Positions 54,515 to 64,000 of a stretch of 64,000 nucleotides of DNA are shown here, piece after piece; position 1 is the stretch's first letter, and the number at the start of each line of letters is the position of its first letter. The position numbers and the translations under genes were made by a program. The notes beneath the pieces are model-generated. The model did not search any database. It saw only the letters and a program-made list of their open reading frames with translations, and was not told the DNA's origin. The DNA comes from Phoronis australis (lineage: Eukaryota > Animalia > Phoronida): the NCBI GenBank assembly GCA_002633005.1, contig NMRA01000193.1:512716-576715 (forward strand), in the 5' to 3' direction.

Positions 54515-55508
54515 TAAACTCCTTCTATCAAACTGCCCATGTGGTCCCAGTATCCGAAAATACGTACTACATAAAATCCTATTTTCGACACCCTTTCTTT
54601 ATATTCTTTTCGCCTTTCTTGCCAAAAGCGATTTTTTAACAGTATTCGACCCTTCTCTGAGAGCGTATAATTACCGGCTGTCATCGGTTATTTCCGTACC
54701 CACATTTCCGGCTCATCAGTTCAGGAACTTGTCCTAAACGCCGCCATTTTTCCTTGTAACTGAATGTGCTATGGCTTGCTCAAAAGTCTTCATTATTTTG
54801 TTTTATTAGTAATATCTTGTGATACGTTTGTATATGTAGTGTATTTATAGTTTGTAGTTAGTGGTCGTTTTTTTGGAATGTTACGCGTACTTAGTATGTT
54901 AAAATAGCATTGGTGTTTAGTTCCTTACGTAGGCCGGTCGAACCTAGGAACCAATATGGGTCGAATCAATTTTTTTCGGATTTATTTTTTTCTCGTTTTG
55001 AAAAAGTACTTTGCTATCATCGAAAAGGTAGTGCATTCTACTCAGTAAAAATCGAAAAAGTATGAAAATCGGGGCAAGCAGTGTAAAGTTATTGCAAGTT
55101 TTGTGGCGAAATTTGGGTCACTTTGTTTGGATCGCGTCGGCCATATTGGAGGACAGCGGGATAAGTTACGAGTTTAAAACTTTGTGTAAACTGTTTTCGC
55201 CAACAAATTACGGTGAAATTTAGTTAGACATATCTTTACTTACTATTCTGCACGATTTAACAGTGTTCACCAAATTTCAGCTTCGTAGTTGTTACTCATT
55301 AAGGGATAAATGTGCTCACAATTCCCGTTGGATTTCGTCTCATTTCTGGCGGCACCGACAACATGGCGACTTTTGCTGAACTGAAAGGCATGTTCAATCG
55401 GCTACTTTGTAATTTGTGAAGATTTAACGTTGATACATTTTGACAAACGTTGCTAAAAAAAGAAACTTTGTTCAACTTTCGTATATTTTGTGCAAAAATA
55501 TAAGATAT
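54515..55508 (-). repeat. ~1-kb dispersed repeat, copy 2 (inverted)
   Basis: It is a near-identical reverse complement of 22440-23445. Confidence 0.9.
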
Positions 55509-57494
55509 ATTCGAATTATTTTACTGTAAATTTCCCATTCAGGTGATCTTACACTAAGCTAAAAAAATAGTTGAAATAATTTTGAAATGTTTTTTTGTTT
55601 GACTGTCAACTGCTGTTCAACACTTGATTCGGTGTCACAAAATGATTCATATTTTTCTAAATTTTATGTCTCAATTGCTTTCAAGTCATGTTTTGTAACT
55701 TATTGCTTCTTAGTTGAGGTTATCAAGTCAACAATATGAATAATCTTAATTTGAGAAATAAGCTATGTTGGATTGTGAAGCTTCAAGCCTCTAATTCTTG
55801 TTCCTTGCAACTGCATATTTTATTAAATGATGCTTGTCAAATTCTGGTGTAAGGAAACACTATTCCGTCACCATGGTAATAGTTACATGTATGTCCACTT
55901 TCATATCATGGAAACTGTTGCGGTTGAATAGTGTTTGTAATGCCAAATGTTGTAAAGTATTGTGCATTTTAAGTTACTTATTATGTTAAAAGTTTGAATC
56001 ATTTTGGCTTAATGAATAAAAAATGATAACATGATGTATTGGACTTGTCATACTTATGTGCTCGAACGAGCCCCCTTTTTGGAGAACTGAAAAAAGGTCT
56101 GCCTCAGTCACAGAAGCACGAATTCCGAAAAAAGTAGAAAATGAGACAATATTCCACTAGAAGACAGGAAGTACCAACGTTTAGAGTCTGCAATTCATAG
56201 CTCTGAACATACCCACTGACGCAAAATCACAATGTATTTTGACCAAGTTGAAATTTTTTTTGCATTGAACTGAGGGCCATAACCACGTTAGGTGCCTACT
56301 TTTGCCAGTGGCTCTCACAACGAAGATAAAGAACACGAGCAAGGTAGCCTTCGGCTGATAGTGGCGTCTACAGTGTCTATGTAAACAAAAAACGCGACCA
56401 TCTATCATTTAGACGAATCATCCATGCCAGTCAATTTATGAACATAAATTTCGTAATAAGCAATAATCATGAGTGCGATTTTGAGAGAATGGTAATTGGT
56501 AATGCTGTCTGTGTTTTATCTAAAATACAATATTTTTACGTCGTTTTTGCAAGCTATTTATACGTTTCAAGAGGCCCCTATTGATGGTTGAAGCAACTGA
56601 GAACAGGAAAATAGGACGAAGTGCAAAAACTACTGGAGAGGTATTTTATATTCTAGATTATGAATAGTTTGGAATGACTAAACAAAATTTTATCAGGTCA
56701 GTTTTTGAAAGCTGCAATATGGCAGCTACAGAGTGCCAAAGTTGGCCGAAAATGGCTTCAGTGATAACCTGCAAAATAACCGTTTTTTGCCACACGCAAA
56801 ATTAACGTATACAAATTTGAAAATGAATTTTGAATGTTATGCCATTAAATTGTTCACTTTAAAACCGTATCACTCATTTGTTATCATGCTAGTAACATCC
56901 ATTTGGCGCTCAATTTTGTTGGATGAAAATTCTTAAAAAGCGAGAATTTTCTACATATCACCAATACAAAATCATGTGCTGAGTCTCAAAAAAAATCTGT
57001 AATTTTGAGCATAGACTGTCATACTGAGTCACTCTTAACTATTGAAATAATATTACAGTCATGCGTTGTCGTTGAATTGATGTCTTCTTGGGGAAGTTCG
57101 TTTGCTCTGATCGACAATGGACTGCCAGACCTAAGAGTTTGCCTTGGTGCGTCGCTGAGAAATGCTACTTGATCGATGAAGTTGATAATTTTTTAACGCT
57201 AATATTCCCACCTCTTTTACACGATTTACTCATTCTTTTTCTTTGACTAATTATCTGCAGTGAGCGAGGAACTGTTTCGTTAAGTTTCCTTTAGATATAG
57301 GTAGAAGTACTTTCGTTGTCAGAAGGGAAGCTTCGTAGTTTCGTAGTAGATGTTACTGTCTAGACATGAACTTAGTCAGATGCGACATTCAGTTCCCTGT
57401 GATATTTGCTTTAGAAAACCTGAGCGACGGCGTTTCTCTGAAGAACGAAAGTCTACGGCAGCCAACCTACATCTGGTCACTGGGAACCTATCAG

Positions 57495-58986
57495 CAGAGG
57501 CGTAACTTCTGGGAGTCTGTCAATTTAGAAGGGCAAAAGCGAAAAGTAGGACAGCTACAGAAAAATTCAGTTCCATTCAAATAGTAAAGTTCAAATATTA
57601 AAAGCTTTCAAGCTTTAGAATTATATACAAAGGCTTGAACAACTCGCATTTTTCGAATCTTGGTATGTTGTTCCCACACGCAATTGATAACATGGTTTGT
57701 GTCACTGGGTTTTGCTGTTCCTTTTCATTCGCAAAAATGCCAAACCGACAGAAAACAAGATTTAATTTTCATTTTGACACGGTCACGCCTCACTCGAGAA
57801 GATGGACGGCATACAAAAACGACACCATGGCTTACTGCCATCACCGTGGGGGCGCTTCTGTCCCGTACACTAACACCCACGGGCCTTTCGTTTCAAAACA
57901 CAACTGTAATCAACCTCTTCTCACCTACTGAATGTACACGACGAAGGTGTTACCGACAAGAAGTTGATTACCATGGAAGTGATACATAGTTTTGTAATCA
58001 AGGGAATTTAGAATTATATATTATACAGTGTTGATAACCATGTTAAATTACATTTCGTATGGTTGTGGATGTACTGAGTTAAGGTTGTATAAAATCATCT
58101 AACCAATGTTGGGTTCGCTGTCACTTTATCATCGCCATCACAAATTGCCCCGTTCAACTATGAATGACGAGATACTGGACGATCTGATTGTTCTTGCAAC
58201 TGAAAGGGATTTGACAGATACCTGATAAGGACCGAAGCCATAATCGACGTCTGGAGTAGTAAAGGAACACAAAAATGTCAGTAATGTTAAAATAACTTTT
58301 CACGAAACTATTGGGATGTGTTTGTGACAGGTTTTCATGGTTTATTTAGCTTAGGTATTTCCTGTAAATGTTCAGTTTAAAGTTATTAGTTGTTACCTCT
58401 TGACATATATTTAGCTTAGTTATTTCCTGTACATGTTCTGTTTAAAGTTACTATTGCTACCTCTTGGCATATATTTACAAAACATCCCAGCCCAAGCTAA
58501 TCTTCCCCATTGCTTAGTTTTATATTTGGCACACATTCTGATTGGTCGAATAGGTTCACTTGCATTTTATATGTTATATCTTTATACTATCACACCAGAA
58601 GCTTTTTAATACATCATATCGAACACAAGAATTTTTCTCTACGAACCACCTCGGGTTTTATCTTTGTACAATAAAAACCCACAGAAACAAAGATGGTAAC
58701 ATTTAATCAATTCTTTTGTTTGACTATCCTACTGTGCTTTTTCTTGCACTAAATGTTTTGATACCGGGAATGTTTTTGACTGACTTAATCAAGAAAACTA
58801 ACAAGATGGTTTCGCGGAATTAACTCCAACTCAAGGTATATGTAGACTAGTAAATTACTACAAAAATTACATTGTTGTTTTTCCTTGATTTGTTGTTATA
58901 ACAGAGAATTTGTAGGTCAGGAGTACCAAAATGCAGGACATATTACGCTTGACACCCCCAAACCAAAAGTAATAGCTTCGCCCCTA
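57495..58986 (+). mobile_element. Decayed hAT element
   Basis: Termini are CAGAGGCGTAACT..AGCTTCGCCCCTA. The peptide RSTMNDEILDDLIVLATERDLT (~58150-58220) resembles the hAT C-terminal dimerisation domain. Confidence 0.55.
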
Positions 58987-59199
58987 CCTGTCAGCAAACG
59001 CCTCGTAAATCCGTCGTATTTTATGTGATTCTCATCAATACATGGTTTTCTAAAAATTACCATGGTAGACATTTTAAGCAGAGTCTAGGTTGATCTACTT
59101 CAGCGTGGAATCCTGCGAACACACTCTGCTGGACGAGACACTTGGCAAAATCGCATGACAAGCTTTGAAATGAGGTCGACGACGAAACCACGATTCCGA

Positions 59200-60015
59200 C
59201 ACCCATGCTACCAACGTGAAAAATTGCTTTGAGAAATAGACCTCAATCAATAAAAAGCGCTCATTAAATCAGAATATCTCGAATAATTTGAGAACGGTGA
59301 GATGTAACGCGAAACCGATGACACTTGAAGAGATCTATATACATATCACATTTTAGAAGAATTTCTCAAAAGATCGCAGAGAAAGGCCTCCACGACCGAC
59401 CATTCCATCTTGTTTCCGATTTCGCCTGCTAAAGACCTCGATATTTTTACGATATAAGAGATGTGTGTAAATTTCATGTAGATTCGATGGAAAAATCGAC
59501 CTGTACCGCCAGTACTATAGACCAGTTAAAATCGAGGAATTTGTCAATAAAAGAACATACATTTGACCAAAAATCTCAAAAATCTCAAATAAATCGAAAA
59601 AGGTATGTCGAAGAGGCAACCGTAACGCACAAGTCGATTGAAGGGACCTATCCACATCTCAAATTTCAGACAGATACGTAAACGGGCGCCTAAGATAGGG
59701 CACGAAAACTCAATTAATTTAAGAGCAATGACCAGAAAATCTCGAATAATTCGAGAACTGTAAGTTGTAGAGAAAAACGGATAGCCCATAAAATGATCTA
59801 TTCTAAAAACAGAAACCCCTCCAGAAACAATGGAGCTATGGCCCCAAAAACCAAGAAAAAGGCCGCCACAGCGCCATTTGACTCAGATTTCAACCACTAG
59901 CCATTTACACAAATTGTATGCAAATTTCATGTTTGCCGGATAAGAAATGCTCACTGCGACGTGCCTACAAACAAAAACAACACAGTAACAAACACTTATA
60001 TCCCAGGAAACAACG
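59200..60015 (-). repeat. Probable HINE-like element with degenerate internal arrays
   Basis: Blocks agaa(t/a)atctcgaataatt(t/c)gagaac and aaatttcatgt recur, with an (ACAA)-rich end. Confidence 0.4.
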
Positions 60016-60182
60016 TCTATTCATCTCGATATCAATGCGACAGGTGGCAACATTATATATACAGCAAATAAAAATATAGTGATAAACACATGTATCGTCA
60101 TGTCTTACAATTCCTTGATTTGTTTCTAGAAATTAAAAAAAATATTGAAAGAAAAAAGCCACAAGCTACACTTTCTCAGAGT

Positions 60183-61389
60183 TAGAAGTATAGGAGAGTT
60201 CACTTGTGAGTTCGCTGTTATCGCTACAACTAGCGCCGCTAAGTGGTGAATAAGCAACAGTCAATTAGGAAGCGCTAAAACAATGAGGAAGGGCGCATTT
60301 TGCAGTGTCATAAATTGCACTAATTCATCCACAAAACTCCAGAGTGTCATTTTTAGGTTTTCTAAGGATCCAGAAAGGTCAGGATTATATGTTAATCAAT
60401 AATAAGAGGTTCTGAACAACAAAGCAAATTAAAAATTATTTTGTCATGCCATTTTGAACTTTGACTAGTTATGAGTGATGATATACTCAATGTTACTACG
60501 TTTTGTAAGCTGTGAGACATTCTACAGGTTAGCAACTGACTTCTAACTATTGGTGATTATAGGGCAAGACTGGAGAGTTTACCCTGGACCGGCATGTGTA
60601 AGAAATAATGGAATGTTCCAAAATTATATGTGAGAGTGCAATTTTGTGGTAGTGATGAATTACCTTGCTTTCTTCTTCTTACTTGTGTAACACCCACTGC
60701 ACCAAACAATTTTTCGCATCCAGGTGCATTGAATAGGGAACACATGCGAAATTGTTGGGTGGAAGTGAAACCAGCAGGAACTTGTTTTCAATGGTCAGAG
60801 GAGCAGCCAAAATGTGTGACGATGGGAGGGGCTCAACACCCATATGGCATACCCCATTGGTTTTTACCTGCTTAGCACTCGTCCCATTTAACCCCCGTGG
60901 GAGGGGTCAACATCCAATTGGTGCCCACCTGGTTTTAGCCCGGTACCCTTTTTCTGGCGCCTGGGGGCAATTTCACTCTGAACCCTTTGGAGCAATCATT
61001 CAAATTAGGTAGTCCATAGAGGTATGAACTGTTATAAGGAACGATAATTTGCCTTGTTAAGAGCTCAAACATGAAACAAAACCGTGGTGGCTTTTGAAGG
61101 GAGCTTCAAGAGAATAAAAGCAAATACACTTTAATATTGATTAAAACACACATTTTCCTTCTCATTCGATTATAAGTGAATGTTGGTTAACGTGTTCTAA
61201 CCATTTTCAATCACACAGTAATTTTATTCCACGTTGAACGTCATTAAAGTATGAATTTATCAGTGGTTATGTGGTTCGGACTGCGCCACTTAATTAATGT
61301 TGCTTATTCGCCACTTGGGGAGCTAGTTTTTGACCGATAACCATTGCGATGAATGGCAACATGGCGGAGTGAGCTCTCCTATACTTCTA
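60183..61389 (+). mobile_element. TIR element with THAP remnant (P-element-like)
   Basis: TIRs are tagaagtataggagagttcact / agtgagctctcctatacttcta, with subterminal aagtggtgaataagcaac / gttgcttattcgccactt. The peptide MRKGAFCSVINCTNSSTKLQSVIFRFSKDPER starts at ~60283. Confidence 0.65.
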
Positions 61390-61448
61390 CACACCTTGCT
61401 CAATCTATCTAGAGACTCAACTAAAAACTACTTTGACGTCCGATTTGT

Positions 61449-62652
61449 CTAAATTGAATGCTTTGTTTTCCTCTTTTCTTTTAGTGAAGTTCTCACTGAT
61501 TTCGTTGTTGTTGTTGTCTGTGTTTTATTGACGTAAACAAGGTTGTGTCTACCGTGTGACTGGAAGACTCCAAGATTGGCTGACGAAAAAGCACACAAGA
61601 GTGTATTAAGAGCGGAGTTGATGGGCATGATGAACACAGCGACCCAGGCTGAAGTTTATCGACTGATGGTGACTCCAGACAAAGCAATGATGACAATAAT
61701 GGAGGTGGGGACCCAGAAGCAACACCATTAGTACTAACCGCCGGGAAAGTTCGAGATCACGTGCTGTTGACTTCTTCTTTGATTTAAGTCTTTGTTGCCG
61801 GACGTGAACGAAAATCATTGAATATCCCACAGTTATGAAAGTCAAGCATGTTAAATTGAATGCTATGAATACTGAAGACGGATACATCCACCGTGCGAAG
61901 GGTGAAAGGGAGACAAACAGAAGTTGAGCCGTACTATTTCTTACCATAGGTGATTAGGGGAATGGCAGCAATGACGCTGCATATTGTCCACCCAACACCT
62001 TCCACAAGGGCAGTTGCCTTCACGGACAAGGGGTTAACTTGGAATTTGAAAATCAAGATAAGCACATGGTCTACAGTAATCACAACGAGTGTGAACACGG
62101 ACATTTCACAGGTGATGGTTGAAATAAACCTTTCAGACTGACAAAGAAATCCCTCCCTCCTTGTTCATATTGATAGAAATGGTCTTGACTATCAAAATAT
62201 TGGTCCACGGAGTTGATGATCAGAAGGTACACACCCATTGGGAAGTCCGATGGGCTCAAGTTTAGAATAAGGAAAGAATTCACATTTTGACGCTCAGCCT
62301 CAAGACGCAACACAAGCACGATAACATTGCCAATGAATGCTAACACAACAATTACACAAACGGCATATCTCAAAAACTTATAAGCAAACAAATCATCACA
62401 GGATGAAAACTATCTCGGTTCTGGTAGGCTTTTTACGTTCAACTTGTCTTTTTAGATCACAGCAATATCTATAGGCATTTGTAGAAGGAAGTCCAACAAA
62501 TTACTGGAAAGTATCAAAGCCTGTAAGCTTTTGCGGTATGTCCGGATTGAAGATAGATTTGATACAACTCATCGACTGATGCCCGTACAGGGGCCTGGGC
62601 AGCCTTCTGAAAGATCGCAGTATTTTTCATCGTCGCCATTTGGACAGTCAAC
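61449..62652 (-). pseudogene. Gene C: degenerate paralog of the LDLa/LRR/7TM exon
   Basis: It is collinear at DNA level with 19630-21065 (e.g. gagttgatgggcatgatgaacacagcgaccca; cagtatttttcatcgtcgccatttggacagtcaac) but split over several frames. Lesions include an ~11-bp deletion in TM6, a deletion in the last extracellular region before TM5, a frameshift near 62140, and roughly 300 bp of missing LRR sequence. A repeat element cuts it at 62653. Confidence 0.88.
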
Positions 62653-63340
62653 CCCAGATAGCATCACTACGTTGGGCCGACGTCGCCATTCGTTGGCTCG
62701 AGGTCGATTGGTCGCGGTCGGTTTTTTGACGTTGGTCCGACGTTGGTCGGCGGTCTACGAGATGCGGCTTTTAAAAGCCTGTTTTGCACTTTCAAGTAAA
62801 TTTGACGCTTGCGATATTATTTTTTTATAGTCACAGTGTGTAAGTCAACCTATTTGTCCTACTTTGAGTATTGTTCGGTCTTGACGTCGGACCAACGTTG
62901 GCTCAGCGTCGGGCACGTTTGACGTTGGGCCGACGCGGGTGCAACGCGGTGCGAGAAATCATATGTGGTGCTGAGTCCGACGTCGGTCCAACGTCGTGTC
63001 GTGTAAAAAGTGTAGGTCCATTTAACTATAGCGTCAAATTGAAAAAGGAAAATTAAAAATATGTCTATGATTCAGAAAAATATTTACTGTCGTGCATAAG
63101 TCAGCCTATTTGTCCTTCTTTGAGTATTGTTCAGTCTTGACGTCGGTCCAACGTTGGCTCAGCGTCGGGCACGTTTGACGTTGTGCCGACGCGGGTGCGA
63201 CGCCGGGTGCGAGGTGCTGAGTGCGACGTCGGTCCAACGTCGGTCCCGGGCGTGTTCAAAGTGTAGCGGTCCATTTCAGAGTCGAATTGAAAAAGGAAAA
63301 TTAAAAATCCGTCTATGATTCAGAAAAATATATACTGCCG
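62653..63340. mobile_element. Repeat element with palindromic ccgacgtcgg/ccaacgttgg motifs and two ~255-bp tandem units, inserted in gene C
   Basis: It begins cccagatagcatcactacgttgggccgacgtcg exactly where gene C similarity stops. The units are at ~62840-63090 and ~63097-63340. Confidence 0.75.
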
Positions 63341-64000
63341 TGGCAATATGTAAACATTTCATTCCAGCCGGAGCCCAGCGGCCCGCCGGGGGCGGGGCCG
63401 GGCCCCGCCCGCTGCCGGTCTTTGTCGCTCTACGCTCGTGAGTCGTTTTCGTCACATCAAATAATTGTAGTCATAGGTTAAACACTCCCTAATTTCCAAA
63501 CAGTGTCATTTTCCACAGAATTTGCCATCTTTCAAACTGTTCTCGGCACGCGGGAGTGGCCGCTGAGGGCAGTAAGTTAACTTTTCTTCAACAGGTGTCG
63601 CTGACCAGCTAACCGGAAACTGAGTTTAAGCGCAAAACCGTTAAGCTGTTCACATTTTCAACATCCATTTCATACATTTACGTCAGCCTGTGAGGTAAGT
63701 AGATATCTAGTTTATCCTCGTAACTGCCAAACGTAGTTTCTTGTGCTTAATCAACAGCTGATTTGATGATTTAAGAATTAAATTTCTGTCCTGATCTGAT
63801 TGATCAGATGAATCAATTTTCAGTGTCAGGCAGTGCAGTGCTAGTGCAGTAGTAGGCAATGACCATCGCCTCTGTTGGCCCGAAGCAGAGGCGATGTAGA
63901 GGCTATAGGCGCTCTGTACGCCGGAAGCTTTTCGGCGAATTATGCCTCGCACCGACTAAACCATCAAAGTCACGTTGTTACAAATACCTTTTGCGCATAG

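Overview
This is AT-rich, intron-containing, transposon-rich animal DNA, most consistent with a marine invertebrate (inference). There are no prokaryotic features, and there is an N-gap at about 53333-53823. The window holds a minus-strand tandem cluster of three related genes for very large GRL101-type (LGR type C2) receptors. (A) The complete copy has three phase-compatible coding exons (44117-41541, 26620-25662, 21810-19431). They splice into about 1971 aa: signal peptide, about 4 CUB-like domains, 2 C-type-lectin-like domains, about 7 LDLa repeats, LRRs and a rhodopsin-class 7TM. (B) A downstream paralog has an 876-codon first coding exon (2965-338). The ORF track misses it because its frame stays open to the window edge. 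(C) An upstream paralog survives as a frameshifted, internally deleted, element-interrupted LRR-7TM exon (about 61449-62652). The remainder is dense with nested and paired repeats: THAP/YqaJ ISL2EU-like elements with AT TSDs, a 9-bp-TSD insertion, Kolobok-like, Tc1/mariner, hAT and piggyBac-like remnants, Penelope-like and CR1/L2 retroelement fragments, Helentron-type HINEs, hairpin-ended elements carrying a tRNA-like Pol III cassette, and mini/microsatellites.
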